From: Cellvibrionales bacterium
GTDB taxonomy: Bacteria > Pseudomonadota > Gammaproteobacteria > Pseudomonadales > JAHEIH01
Direction of reading: 5' to 3'
Length of the DNA: 64,000 bases
Assembly: GCA_024639455.1 (NCBI GenBank)
Contig: JAHEIH010000004.1
Coordinates: forward strand, 161,371 to 225,370
Within the stretch, counting starts at the first letter, position 1. Each line of letters starts with the position of its first letter. The position numbers were made by a program, and so were the translations under genes. Positions 49,258 through 59,547 of this stretch are shown here, one piece after another. Below the pieces are notes generated by a model. The model did not search any database. It saw only the letters and a list, made by a program, of their open reading frames with translations, and was not told the DNA's origin.

Positions 49258-49731
49258 ATGCCCGGTTTGTACTTTGAAGAATTAGAGCCAGGACTGGTGG
49301 TAGAGCACGCCATCCGCCGCACCGTTACCGAGACCGATAACGTGTTGTTCTGTTCAATGACCCTTAACACCGCCGCGCTGCATATCGACCATGAATACGC
49401 TAAGACCACGCCGTATGGTCAGGTGCTGGTCAACAGCCTGTTTATTCTCGGTTTGGTGACCGGCATTACCGTGCCCGACACCACGCAAGGTACCACGCTC
49501 GCCAACCTAGGGTTTGAGGATGTGAAGTTCCCTAAGCCGGTGTTTGTGGGTGATACGATTCATGTCCGTACCGAAGTTGAGTCTAAACGTGTGTCTAAAA
49601 GCCGCGAAGATGCGGGTATCGTGTTTTTCCGTCACTTCGGTATTAACCAGCGCGACGAGATTATCTGCGATTGTAAACGCGCAGGCTTGATGTTGAAAAA
49701 GTCCTGGGTCGATGCCCAAGCGAAGGCCTAA
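49258..49731 (+). CDS. MaoC-like (R)-specific enoyl-CoA hydratase, single hot-dog
   Basis: 157 aa with a MaoC dehydratase pattern (...LHIDHEYA...GDTIHV...). Confidence 0.8.
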   Translation: MPGLYFEELEPGLVVEHAIRRTVTETDNVLFCSMTLNTAALHIDHEYAKTTPYGQVLVNSLFILGLVTGITVPDTTQGTTLANLGFEDVKFPKPVFVGDTIHVRTEVESKRVSKSREDAGIVFFRHFGINQRDEIICDCKRAGLMLKKSWVDAQAKA

Positions 49732-49746
49732 GCGAGAGAGTGAATC

Positions 49747-51732
49747 ATGCTAGGACAAGCGGTTTTTGGCGACTCTGACAAGGCGGTATGGATTCCAGGT
49801 CCCGAGCACATTGCGCGCAGTCAATTGGCCGCAGCGATGCAGCGCTGGGGCTTTGACAGTCTAGCAGCATTTCACCGCGCCTCGGTGGATCAGCCCGAGT
49901 GGTTTTGGCCGGCGGCGGCAGTCGATTTGGAGGTAATCCTCAAGGGAGAGCGCCACGCAGTATGCGATGAACGCCACGGCCGCTTATTCCCTCAGTGGTT
50001 CAGCGGGCAAACGTTTAACGCCGCTTGGAGTTGTATCGAGCGCCACGCGGCGGATCCCAGTATGGCCGCTAAAGCGGCGGCGATTTATGAAGGCGACGAC
50101 GGCCAGCAGCGTAGCATGAGCTACGCCGAACTCGGTGTCGAAGTGGAACGTTTTGCTTCAACCTTAGTGCGTCTTGGTATCAAGCAGGGCGATCGTGTGT
50201 CGATGTTTATGCCGCCGGTACCTGAAGCCTCGGTCGTGGTATTGGGTTGTGCGAAGATCGGTGCGGTGGTCGTACCGGCGTTTTCGGGCTACGGCAGCGA
50301 GGCGCTAGCGAGTCGTCTGCAGGCGGCTGAAGTCTCTTTATTGGTGACAGTGGATAGTACCACTCGTCGCGGTAAACGCATCGACATGCAAGACATCGCG
50401 GTAGACGCTATGGCACTGTCGCCATCGGTGCATAGTTTGTTGGTATTACAGCACGGTGGCGGTGATATCGAACTAAAGGATAGTCGCGACCACGACTGGC
50501 ACATGGCGCTTTCGCACCCTGACAACACGCCGGTGGCGACCGTCGATCTCGACCCCAATCATCCGCTGTTTATCATTTATACCTCCGGTACCACTGGGGC
50601 GCCCAAGGGCATTGTCCACTCCCACTTTGGTTATCTGTTTAAGGCCGCCATCGATTTTGGTTACGCTTTTGACATCAACCGCGACGATGTCGTCACTTGG
50701 ATCACCGACATGGGCTGGAACCTCGGTCCGCTGATGATCATCGGCGGTTACCACCTTGGTGCCACTATGGTGTTTGTGGAAGGTGTGCCCGACTACCCAA
50801 AGACCGAGCGTCTGTGGCAGATCGTTGAGCGACACGGTTCGACCTTCCTGGGGGTTGCCCCGACCGCTGCGCGTGGCCAGAGGGTAGCGCTGAATGACGG
50901 TTCACCTGCGGCGGATATTTCCACGCTTCGCGCGTTCGCCTCGACCGGCGAAGCGTGGGATGAACCCTCGTGGTGGTGGCTGTTTGACACGGTGGGCCAG
51001 AAGCGCTTGCCGATTATCAACTATACCGGCGGCACCGAAGTCGGCGGTGGTATTTTGTCGTGCTACACCATTGCACCCCAGTCGCCAGCCTCGTTCAGTG
51101 GCCCCTTGCCGGGCATGGATGTGGATGTTTTCGATGCCGACGGCCGTCGTACCAACGACATTGGTGAGCTGGTGTTATTGAATACCTGGCCCGGCATGGC
51201 GCACAGCTTTTGGCGCGACGATCAGCGCTTCTTGGATACCTACTGGGAGCGTTGGGATAACGTCTGGGTGCACGGCGATTTGGCCAGTGTCGATGGCGAC
51301 GGCTTCTGGTACATTCGCGGCCGCTCGGATGACACCTTGAAAATTGGTGGACGACGTGTCGGTCCGGCGGAGATCGAGTCGGCGCTTACTGCTCTCGACG
51401 GTGTGGCTGAAGCAGCGGTGATCGGAGCGCCCGACGACATTCGTGGTATGAAAATCATCGCCTTTGTGGTGGCTCGCCCTGGCGTGACATTGACCGAGCA
51501 GGCAGTTTCCGCCGGCGTGATGGCCAAGCTTGGCAAGGGCATGACGCCGAGCCAAATTAGCGTGGTCGACGCACTACCCAAAACCAAAAATGGCAAGATT
51601 ATGAGGCGCGCGATTCGCGCCCGTTATCTCGGTCAGACGTGCGGCGATATGTCGGCGCTCGACCCTGCGACGCCGTTGGAATGCATCCCAACCATCGCAC
51701 CCGAAACGAATACAGCAATAACAAGTAATTGA
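49747..51732 (+). CDS. AMP-forming acyl-CoA synthetase (acetyl/acetoacetyl-CoA synthetase-like)
   Basis: AMP-binding motif YTSGTTGAPKG. ACS-type N-terminal domain. C-terminal PKTKNGKIMRR. Confidence 0.85.
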   Translation: MLGQAVFGDSDKAVWIPGPEHIARSQLAAAMQRWGFDSLAAFHRASVDQPEWFWPAAAVDLEVILKGERHAVCDERHGRLFPQWFSGQTFNAAWSCIERHAADPSMAAKAAAIYEGDDGQQRSMSYAELGVEVERFASTLVRLGIKQGDRVSMFMPPVPEASVVVLGCAKIGAVVVPAFSGYGSEALASRLQAAEVSLLVTVDSTTRRGKRIDMQDIAVDAMALSPSVHSLLVLQHGGGDIELKDSRDHDWHMALSHPDNTPVATVDLDPNHPLFIIYTSGTTGAPKGIVHSHFGYLFKAAIDFGYAFDINRDDVVTWITDMGWNLGPLMIIGGYHLGATMVFVEGVPDYPKTERLWQIVERHGSTFLGVAPTAARGQRVALNDGSPAADISTLRAFASTGEAWDEPSWWWLFDTVGQKRLPIINYTGGTEVGGGILSCYTIAPQSPASFSGPLPGMDVDVFDADGRRTNDIGELVLLNTWPGMAHSFWRDDQRFLDTYWERWDNVWVHGDLASVDGDGFWYIRGRSDDTLKIGGRRVGPAEIESALTALDGVAEAAVIGAPDDIRGMKIIAFVVARPGVTLTEQAVSAGVMAKLGKGMTPSQISVVDALPKTKNGKIMRRAIRARYLGQTCGDMSALDPATPLECIPTIAPETNTAITSN

Positions 51733-51741
51733 GGATTTCGC

Positions 51742-52902
51742 ATGGCTTCCAATGCCTTTGACTTAGATATGATTCGCACCAACGCGCGCGCCTTGGCCGA
51801 CCAGTTCGGCGACAAATACTGGGCTGACGCCGACAAGCATAAGAAATATCCGTGGGAATTTATTCGTGCTTTTGCCGACAACGGCTGGCTGGGAGTGACC
51901 ATGCCCGAGGAGTACGGCGGTATTGGTCTGGGATTGACCGAGGCGGGCGTGATCTTACACGAGATTGGTGAGTCCGGCGGCGGCCACAGCGGCGCATCGG
52001 CCTTCCAATACTACGTATTTCCGCCGGGGCCAATTATCCACCACGGCTCGGAAGAGATGAAGCGCGAATACCTGCCTAAGCTGGCTAGTGGTGAAATCAT
52101 GATGTGCTTTGGCGTGACCGAGCCAGACTGTGGCGTCGATACCTCGCGTATCAAAACCTTTGCCAAAAAAGTCGGCGATCGCTGGATCATCAACGGCCAG
52201 AAGGTGTGGATCTCCAACGCGCAGAACGCCGACCGCATCCTGCTGCTGACCCGCACCTCGCCGCGCAACGACGAGCGCCCCTTCGACGGTATGACCCTAT
52301 TCTTCTGCGACCTCGACCGGACCCGCGTGAAGGTGAATCGCATCGAAAAATTGGCGCGTAACTGCATCGACTCTAATGAACTGTTTATTGAAAACCTCGA
52401 AGCCCGCGATGAAGACGTCGTGGGCGAAGTCGGGCAGGGCTTTAAGTGTCTCATTGATGGCTTAAACCCAGAGCGCATTGCGGTGGCTTTCGCACAGATT
52501 GGTACCGGTCGTGCCGCCTTGAATAAGGCTGTACAGTACGCCAAAGAGCGCGTGGTATTCGACCGCGCTATTGGTAAAAATCAAGCCATTGCCCACCCCT
52601 TGGCGGACTCCTATATTCGCCTGCGCAGCGCCGAGTTGATGGCGTTTGAAGCGGCGCGCAAATTCGATGCGGGGCTACCTTGTGGGGAGGAGTCCAACGC
52701 GGCAAAATTCTTGGCCACCGAAGCTGCCTTTCAGGCGGCCGACCGTGCCATGCAAACCCTTGGTGGTTATTCCTACGCGCTTGAGTACCACGTTGAACGC
52801 TACTGGCGCGAAACCCGCCTGTTGAAAATCGCGCCGGTATCGCAAGAGATGGTGTTGAACTATGTGTCGCAGCGGATCTTAGATCTGCCGCGCTCTTACT
52901 AG
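51742..52902 (+). CDS. acyl-CoA dehydrogenase
   Basis: 386 aa, canonical ACAD length and motifs (...CFGVTEPDCGVD..., ...GGYSYALEYHVERYWRE...). Confidence 0.9.
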   Translation: MASNAFDLDMIRTNARALADQFGDKYWADADKHKKYPWEFIRAFADNGWLGVTMPEEYGGIGLGLTEAGVILHEIGESGGGHSGASAFQYYVFPPGPIIHHGSEEMKREYLPKLASGEIMMCFGVTEPDCGVDTSRIKTFAKKVGDRWIINGQKVWISNAQNADRILLLTRTSPRNDERPFDGMTLFFCDLDRTRVKVNRIEKLARNCIDSNELFIENLEARDEDVVGEVGQGFKCLIDGLNPERIAVAFAQIGTGRAALNKAVQYAKERVVFDRAIGKNQAIAHPLADSYIRLRSAELMAFEAARKFDAGLPCGEESNAAKFLATEAAFQAADRAMQTLGGYSYALEYHVERYWRETRLLKIAPVSQEMVLNYVSQRILDLPRSY

Positions 52903-52913
52903 GGATAAGTGCC

Positions 52914-54125
52914 ATGAGAGACGCTGTTGTCTGTGAACCCATTCGAACCGCTGTAGGTGGTTACGGCGGTGTATTTAAAGACCTCGCGGCGGTGCAGTTG
53001 GCCGAGACAGTGTTGCGCGCTTTGATTACGCGCACCCAACTGGACCCTGCCCTGATCGACGACGTTATTTTTGGGCAGTGCTATCCCAACGGTGAGGCCC
53101 CTGCCATCGCGCGCGTCGCGGCGCTGGATGCAGAGTTGGGTATTCAGGTACCCGGCCTGCAAATTGACCGTCGTTGTGGCTCGGGTCTGCAGGCAGTGAT
53201 TGATGCTTCGATGCGCGTGCAAACCGGTGTGGCGGATCTCGTGATTGCCGGTGGCGCCGAGAGCATGAGCCAAGCTGAGCACTATATCCTCGGTGGGCGC
53301 TTTGGCATTCGTGGCGACTCGACGCCGATGTGGGATCGCATTGCTCGCGGTCGCATCACCTCGGGCGGGCGCCATCACCCCGTGGCCGGCGGCATGCTTG
53401 AAACCGCTGAAAACCTGCGCCGCGATTACAGTATCAGTCGCGAAGAACAGGACGAGCTCGCTCTGCGGTCGCAGCAACGCGCCGCAGCGGCTATGAATAA
53501 TGGTGTGTTTGCCGAAGAAATCGTGCCGGTAGAGGTCAACACCCGCAAGGGGGCGATAAGCGTCGACAAAGACGAGCATCCGCGCCCTGAGACAAGCATG
53601 GAAACACTGGCGAGTTTGCGCCCAGTGCGACTTAAGGTCGACGCCGAGGCCACGGTAACCGCCGGCAACGCCAGCGGGCAGAACGATGGCGCCGCGGCGT
53701 GTATTGTCACTACCCCAGACGTCGCTGCGAAATACGGTCTGCGTCCCTACGGACGACTCGTCAATTGGGCGGTAGCGGGTGTTGAACCTGGGCGCATGGG
53801 TATTGGCCCTGTGCCGGCGACACAAAAGGTGTTGCAGCGCACTGGTTTGACGTTGGCTGACATGGATTTAATTGAACTAAATGAGGCCTTTGCCGCACAG
53901 GTATTAGCGTGTACTAAGGCGCTCAACTTCCAAGCGGGCGACTACGACCGCATGAACGTTAACGGCTCGGGTATCTCGCTGGGTCACCCGGTAGGTGCCA
54001 CCGGAGTGCGTATTTTGGCGACAATGTTACGCGAATTGGATCGTCGCCAGGGTCGCTATGGCTTAGAAACCATGTGTATCGGTGGCGGGCAGGGTTTGGC
54101 CGCTATCTTTGAACGCATGGCTTAG
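52914..54125 (+). CDS. acetyl-CoA C-acyltransferase (thiolase)
   Basis: Active-site Cys region IDRRCGSGLQAV and C-terminal CIGGGQGLA. Confidence 0.9.
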   Translation: MRDAVVCEPIRTAVGGYGGVFKDLAAVQLAETVLRALITRTQLDPALIDDVIFGQCYPNGEAPAIARVAALDAELGIQVPGLQIDRRCGSGLQAVIDASMRVQTGVADLVIAGGAESMSQAEHYILGGRFGIRGDSTPMWDRIARGRITSGGRHHPVAGGMLETAENLRRDYSISREEQDELALRSQQRAAAAMNNGVFAEEIVPVEVNTRKGAISVDKDEHPRPETSMETLASLRPVRLKVDAEATVTAGNASGQNDGAAACIVTTPDVAAKYGLRPYGRLVNWAVAGVEPGRMGIGPVPATQKVLQRTGLTLADMDLIELNEAFAAQVLACTKALNFQAGDYDRMNVNGSGISLGHPVGATGVRILATMLRELDRRQGRYGLETMCIGGGQGLAAIFERMA

Positions 54126-54134
54126 GAGTTGACG

Positions 54135-55358
54135 ATGTATCCACTACTGAGCGGATTAAAGGTCGTCGAGTGTGCTTCTTTCATCGCCGGCCCCTCCTGT
54201 GCTTTGCATATGCAGCAATTGGGCGCCGAAGTGATTCGTATCGATCCCATTGGCGGAGGGCCAGACTTCAAGCGGTGGCCGATCACCGAGCAGGGTAACA
54301 GCCTCTATTGGGAAGGTCTCAATAAGGGTAAGCAGTCGGTGGCGATCGACCTTTCGTCTCCCGAGGGACGCGAACTGGCGATTCGCTTAATCACGGCCCC
54401 CGATCCCAACGGCGGTATTTTCGTCACCAATTTTCCCGCTAAGGGTTTCTTGTCCCATGATGCTCTGCGCAAACATCGCGAAGACTTGATCACGGTTCGG
54501 GTGATGGGCTGGCGTGATGGTGAGACCGCGGTGGACTATACCGTTAACGCCGCTATTGGTGTGCCCTATATGACGGGATCTAGCGCCAATGGTGATCAGC
54601 CTGTCAATCATGTGCTCCCCGCCTGGGACCTTATGACAGGCGCCTATGCGGCCTTTGCTACACTCGCCGCTGAGCGCCATCGCCGTTTGACAGGGCAGGG
54701 GCAGGAAGTGACGATCCCTCTCTCCGATGTTGCCATTGCCTCGCTTGGTCATATGGGTAATATTGCCGAGGTACTGGCCGAGGGCGATCGCCCCCGTGTT
54801 GGGAACGCACTGTATGGTGCTTTTGGGCGCGACTTTACCACCGCCGATCAGCGCGTGGTGATGATTACTGCCATTACCTCCAGGCAGTGGAACGGATTAT
54901 TGCAATCGCTCGACTTAGTCGATGCGGTGGCCGCCGTGGAAGCCGAGTTGAGTGTTTCTTTTAAGCGAGACGAAGGTCTTCGCTATACCCACCGCGATCG
55001 GCTCTTCCCGCTGGTTGAAGCGGCTGTCGCGCAGGCAACCTTCGACGATCTCAAAAGCCGTTTCGCCAAAAATGGTGTCTGCTGGGCGCCCTATCGAACA
55101 CTTTCCGATGCGCTGTTAAACGAGCCACGTCTCTCGGTGGATGGCCCCATTTTTGATGCCAATGTAAGCCACCCCAGTGGCCGAAGCTATCCTGCACCAG
55201 GTGCCGCGGCAAGTTTCAGTGCTATGGATCGCACTCCCGTGCAGGGTGCGCCCCGCATGGGTGCCCATACCGAGCAAGTATTAGCCGAACAGTTGGGTAT
55301 GTCGTCCTCGGAAATTGCCGCCCTGTTCGATGCTGGCACCGTGGCCAGTGAAAAATAA
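54135..55358 (+). CDS. family III (CaiB/BaiF) CoA-transferase, paralogue B
   Basis: LSGLKVVECASFIAGPSCALHMQQLGAEVIRID. The ATG at 54135 is 6 nt after AGGAG (the ORF-track TTG at 54129 is unlikely). Confidence 0.85.
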   Translation: MYPLLSGLKVVECASFIAGPSCALHMQQLGAEVIRIDPIGGGPDFKRWPITEQGNSLYWEGLNKGKQSVAIDLSSPEGRELAIRLITAPDPNGGIFVTNFPAKGFLSHDALRKHREDLITVRVMGWRDGETAVDYTVNAAIGVPYMTGSSANGDQPVNHVLPAWDLMTGAYAAFATLAAERHRRLTGQGQEVTIPLSDVAIASLGHMGNIAEVLAEGDRPRVGNALYGAFGRDFTTADQRVVMITAITSRQWNGLLQSLDLVDAVAAVEAELSVSFKRDEGLRYTHRDRLFPLVEAAVAQATFDDLKSRFAKNGVCWAPYRTLSDALLNEPRLSVDGPIFDANVSHPSGRSYPAPGAAASFSAMDRTPVQGAPRMGAHTEQVLAEQLGMSSSEIAALFDAGTVASEK

Positions 55359-55374
55359 TGATTAGGAAATAGCT

Positions 55375-57021
55375 ATGTCAGAGCGTGATTTTATTCAGCA
55401 TTTATCCAGTATCCAGTCAGCGGTGCGCGAGGTGGAAAAAGCCACCCGTGATGCTATTCTCAGCCGCTGTAGCCGAGAGGGAAAAATCCAGTCAGGCTTA
55501 TTAAACGAGCACCAACGAGCCCTACATGGCTTGGCGTGGATGACGACCACGGTGGAGGCCATTGTGCGCGCCGCGCAATGGGGTATTAAACTTCACGAGG
55601 TGAACAAACTGACAACGTTAGAGCGCTTGGTGCTCACCGTGGGTATTGGCGAATACCTGCAGCAAATGGCATTCGGGCTGCCAATGTCGCAGAGTGAGGT
55701 GGTGCGTCCACACGAACTGGGCATTCAAGAGGCGATCGCGTCGCTGCAATGCACCCCCTCCTTTATTTGGTTACAAGAGCAGGGTAGCGATATCGCCACC
55801 CGCCGAGAGATCGTGGCGCTGTATCGTGACGGCAACCCGCTGTGCGAGACGGTGTTCGATGAAGAGCTCGACATGGTGCGTGAGCAGTTCCGCCGTTTCA
55901 CTGACAATGAAATTACCCCCTACGCCCACCACTGGCACATGGCCGATGAACTCATCCCCGATGAGGTGGTGGCAAAGCTAGCTGAGCTCGGTGTATTCGG
56001 TATCTGTATTCCCGAGCAGTACGAAGGTCTTGGTATGGGTAAGCGCGCCATGTGTATCGTTACCGAGGAACTCAGTCGCGGTTACATAGGTACCGGTTCG
56101 CTTGGTACCCGTTCGGAAATAGCCGGTGAGCTAATTCTTAGCGCAGGTACCGAACAGCAAAAGGCATATTGGTTGCCCAAAATCGCCAGCGGTGAAGTGC
56201 TGCCTACAGCGGTATTTACCGAGCCAGACACCGGTTCAGACCTCGCCTCGTTGCGCACCCGTGCCAGTCAGCGCGACGATGGTACGTGGCAGATTGACGG
56301 CAATAAAACCTGGATTACCCACGCCGCACGCAGCGATTTAATGACCTTACTGGCGCGCAGCGAGCCCGACGAAAAAGGCCACGACGGATTGAGTATGTTT
56401 CTGGCGCCCAAGCAGCGCGGCAATTGCGAACATCCCTTTCCCAGCGAGGGCATGGACGGTGGCGAAATTCGCGTGCTGGGTTACCGTGGCATGAAGGAGT
56501 ACGAAATATCTTTTGATGCGTTCAATATTCCTGCTGACGCGGTGCTTGGTGGTACACGAGGGCAAGGCTTCCGCCAGTTGATGCAAACCTTTGAGGGGGC
56601 ACGTATTCAAACGGCCGCCCGTGCAGTGGGGGTGGCTTGGCGCGCGTTCGATCTGGCTTGGAAATACGCTAACGATCGCAAGCAATTTGGCAAGCCCATC
56701 GTCGAATTTCCTCGTGTGGCCGACAAGTTGGCGCTGATGCTGGCAGAGATCGTGATGGCGCGCGAGGTGACCTACTACGCCGCCGAGGAAAAAGAGCGTG
56801 GCCATCGCTGCGATATCGAAGCGGGTATGGCGAAATTGATTGCCGCGCGGGTTGCTTGGAGCAACGCCGATCAAGGCTTACAGGTGCATGGTGGCAACGG
56901 CTACGCTGAAGAGTTCGAGATAAGTCGCGTGCTGTGCGATGCTCGCATTTTAAATATTTTTGAAGGGGCGGCAGAGATTCAAGCCCAAGTGATCGGCCGC
57001 GGCCTGCTGTCGCGCGCGTAA
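55375..57021 (+). CDS. acyl-CoA dehydrogenase with an N-terminal extension of about 165 aa (methylsuccinyl-CoA dehydrogenase-like architecture)
   Basis: The canonical ACAD core starts near EELDMVREQFRRFTDNEITPYA. The preceding ~165 residues have no counterpart in the 386-aa ACAD at 51742. Confidence 0.8.
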   Translation: MSERDFIQHLSSIQSAVREVEKATRDAILSRCSREGKIQSGLLNEHQRALHGLAWMTTTVEAIVRAAQWGIKLHEVNKLTTLERLVLTVGIGEYLQQMAFGLPMSQSEVVRPHELGIQEAIASLQCTPSFIWLQEQGSDIATRREIVALYRDGNPLCETVFDEELDMVREQFRRFTDNEITPYAHHWHMADELIPDEVVAKLAELGVFGICIPEQYEGLGMGKRAMCIVTEELSRGYIGTGSLGTRSEIAGELILSAGTEQQKAYWLPKIASGEVLPTAVFTEPDTGSDLASLRTRASQRDDGTWQIDGNKTWITHAARSDLMTLLARSEPDEKGHDGLSMFLAPKQRGNCEHPFPSEGMDGGEIRVLGYRGMKEYEISFDAFNIPADAVLGGTRGQGFRQLMQTFEGARIQTAARAVGVAWRAFDLAWKYANDRKQFGKPIVEFPRVADKLALMLAEIVMAREVTYYAAEEKERGHRCDIEAGMAKLIAARVAWSNADQGLQVHGGNGYAEEFEISRVLCDARILNIFEGAAEIQAQVIGRGLLSRA

Positions 57022-57046
57022 TGGCGATACCCCACAGGAGAAAACA

Positions 57047-57796
57047 ATGGATTTAGGCATTCAGGGCAAAGTCGCCATCATTACCGGTTCAGGCCGAGGC
57101 TTGGGGGCGGCCACCGCCCATAAATTGGCTAGCGAAGGCTGCAGCGTGGTGATTACCGATATCGTTGCGGAACGGGTTGAGCAAACCACCGCAGCGTTAA
57201 AGGCTGAAGGGTTTAGCGCGCACGGCATTGTGGCGGACATTACTAAGGCCGATCAGGTCAAAGCACTGGTCGACGAGACCATCGCCACCTTTGGTTCGAT
57301 CGATATCTTGGTCAACAACGCAGGTTCACCACGCGATAAATTTTTGGTCAAAATGTCGGAAGACGATTGGGATTTCGTCATCGACGTGATGCTAAAAGGG
57401 GCCTTTTTTGCCAGCCGCGAAGTGGTACCGCACATGATGCAACAGGGCTGGGGGCGTATCGTTAATCTCAGTTCGCGCGCCCATTTTGGCAACCCCACCC
57501 AAGCTAACTATTCCACCGCCAAGGCGGGCTTAATCGGGCTGGCCAAGGCGTTGTCGCTGGAAGAGGGCAAGTTTAATATTACCGTCAATTGCGTAGCGCC
57601 CGGTTTCATCGAATCGGAAATGGTCCAGGCTTTAGATACCTACGAAATCATTAAAGAACGTGCATTGAAAGTGCAGCCGGTAAAGCGCCCCGGTACTCCG
57701 GAAGATGTGGCCGATGCCATCGCCTTTTTGGCCAGCGAGCGCGCCGGATTTATTTCCGGTGAAGTGTTACATGTTTCCGGCGGTCGTTTTGGTTGA
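57047..57796 (+). CDS. SDR, FabG/3-hydroxyacyl-CoA dehydrogenase-like
   Basis: TGSGRGLGAATA, NNAG, YSTAKAG. Confidence 0.85.
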   Translation: MDLGIQGKVAIITGSGRGLGAATAHKLASEGCSVVITDIVAERVEQTTAALKAEGFSAHGIVADITKADQVKALVDETIATFGSIDILVNNAGSPRDKFLVKMSEDDWDFVIDVMLKGAFFASREVVPHMMQQGWGRIVNLSSRAHFGNPTQANYSTAKAGLIGLAKALSLEEGKFNITVNCVAPGFIESEMVQALDTYEIIKERALKVQPVKRPGTPEDVADAIAFLASERAGFISGEVLHVSGGRFG

Positions 57797-57806
57797 GGAT
57801 GGTTAA

Positions 57807-58676
57807 ATGACAGACGCCATCACCCCTGAGGTTGTTGAACATCTGCAGCAGTGGCAGGGCAAGACCGAGCAATTCACCGAATTCATGGCCCCACAACCTA
57901 TGCTGCGTCTAGCGGCTACGCTCGAGAGCGCCGAAATTAGCGCAGTGGACGGCAGCGCAATACCGCCTCTATGGCACTGGATCACCTTCACGCCACTGGC
58001 CGCGCAAAGTGAGTTAGGCACGGATGGCCATCCTACATTGGGTGGCTTTATGCCACCGGTACCATTGCCGCGGCGCATGTGGGCGGGCGGGCGCTTGTAT
58101 TGGTATGGGCAGCTGCGACTCGGCGACGTGGTGGAAAAGACCACCACCATCCAGTCAATAAAGCACAAAGCTGGCCGCTCGGGGGATTTGGTATTTGCCT
58201 TATTGCAGCACGAGTACCGCCAGCAGGGCGCTTTAGTGTTACGTGAAGAGCAGGACATCGTTTACCGCGCCCCGGCCAAACCTGGTGACCCCGTACCGGG
58301 GCCAACACCAGCCCCCAACGATCCAACCTGGACAAAGACTGTCACACCGAGTTCCACCCTGTTGTTTCGCTATTCGGCGCTGACCTTTAATTCGCACCGC
58401 ATTCACTACGATCGCCCCTATGCCATGCAGGAAGAGGGCTACGGCGGTTTGGTGGTGCACGGCCCGCTGCTGGCTACGTTTTTGGGTGAACTGTTGCGCG
58501 AGAATATGCCACAGGCGAACATCGCCAGTTTTAGTTTTCGCGCGGTTCGACCTACGTTAGATACTCGCCCTTTTGAGGTGTGTGGGAAATTAGCCGCAGA
58601 TGGGCAATCAGCCACCATATGGAGCCAGGATCACGAGGGCTGGTTAACCATGCAGGCCGAGGTTACCTTCGGATAA
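57807..58676 (+). CDS. double hot-dog MaoC-family hydratase (itaconyl-CoA / mesaconyl-C4-CoA hydratase-like)
   Basis: 289 aa. An N-terminal FAS1-like dehydratase half (PPLWHW..F) plus a C-terminal hot-dog (YSALTFNSHRIHYD...GLVVHGPL). Confidence 0.65.
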   Translation: MTDAITPEVVEHLQQWQGKTEQFTEFMAPQPMLRLAATLESAEISAVDGSAIPPLWHWITFTPLAAQSELGTDGHPTLGGFMPPVPLPRRMWAGGRLYWYGQLRLGDVVEKTTTIQSIKHKAGRSGDLVFALLQHEYRQQGALVLREEQDIVYRAPAKPGDPVPGPTPAPNDPTWTKTVTPSSTLLFRYSALTFNSHRIHYDRPYAMQEEGYGGLVVHGPLLATFLGELLRENMPQANIASFSFRAVRPTLDTRPFEVCGKLAADGQSATIWSQDHEGWLTMQAEVTFG

Positions 58677-58691
58677 TTGAGAGAGATAACT

Positions 58692-59546
58692 ATGGCGATT
58701 GATATCGCAAACGCGCGCAGTTTTTTGTTTGTTCCGGCAACGCGCCCGGAGCGTTTTAGCAAAGCCTTGGAGAGTGGCGCCGATTGGGTGGTGATCGATC
58801 TTGAGGATGCTGTCGCCGCCGCTGACAAAGACCGTGCACGGGAAAATCTCGCTGACGGGTTCTCTGGGCTAAGCGCCGTGCAGCGCGCACGCGTATTAGT
58901 ACGTATCAACCCCACCGATAGCGAGTTTCACGACGCCGATTTAGCGCTGTTGGCGGTGTTGGTGGAAGAGGGTCTGCGCGCGGTGATGGTGCCCAAAGCA
59001 GCGGTGGCGGCGGAAATTCAGCGCATAGCCGATCGTCTTAGCGAAGACATTGAGGTGGTGGCTTTGGTGGAGTCGCTAGCGGGGGTAGATGCCTTGGATT
59101 ATCTAGCCAAACTACCTAGCGTGGTGCGCTTTGCCTTTGGTCATCTCGATTTTCAGGTCGATATGGGCATGAACTGCGATGCCGATGAGGAAGCCTTGAT
59201 CCCGGTTCGTTTTGCCATCGCGGCGGCATCTCGTCGCGCCAATATGGCGCCGCCCATCGATGGCGTAACCGTCGATACCAAAGACCTCAGCCTTATTCAA
59301 CGGCACATCGACCGAGCCTTGGGATTTGGTTTTGCGGGTAAGTTGTGTATTCATCCTGCCCAAGTGGGCACGGTTAATCGCGCCTTTACCCCTAGCCGAT
59401 CCGACATCGAATGGGCGCAACGAGTGGTGGCAGCTGACGCGCACGGCGGTGCGGTATTTAGTCTCGATGGCAAGATGGTCGACATGCCGGTAATCAGCAA
59501 GGCCAGGCACATCTTGGCAAAAGCGCAGAGTTTTGAGGAGGCCTAA
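58692..59546 (+). CDS. HpcH/CitE-like acyl-CoA lyase, paralogue B
   Basis: RSFLFVPATRPERFSKALESGADWVVIDLEDAV. Start at the ATG at 58692. Confidence 0.8.
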   Translation: MAIDIANARSFLFVPATRPERFSKALESGADWVVIDLEDAVAAADKDRARENLADGFSGLSAVQRARVLVRINPTDSEFHDADLALLAVLVEEGLRAVMVPKAAVAAEIQRIADRLSEDIEVVALVESLAGVDALDYLAKLPSVVRFAFGHLDFQVDMGMNCDADEEALIPVRFAIAAASRRANMAPPIDGVTVDTKDLSLIQRHIDRALGFGFAGKLCIHPAQVGTVNRAFTPSRSDIEWAQRVVAADAHGGAVFSLDGKMVDMPVISKARHILAKAQSFEEA

Positions 59547-59547
59547 T

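Noticed and set aside
52899-53825. 308-aa minus-strand ORF lying entirely inside the thiolase gene
   Set aside because: Its translation is Arg/Ala/His/Gly-rich low-complexity sequence, typical of antisense frames in GC-rich DNA. The plus-strand frame has unmistakable thiolase motifs. It has no RBS or independent context.
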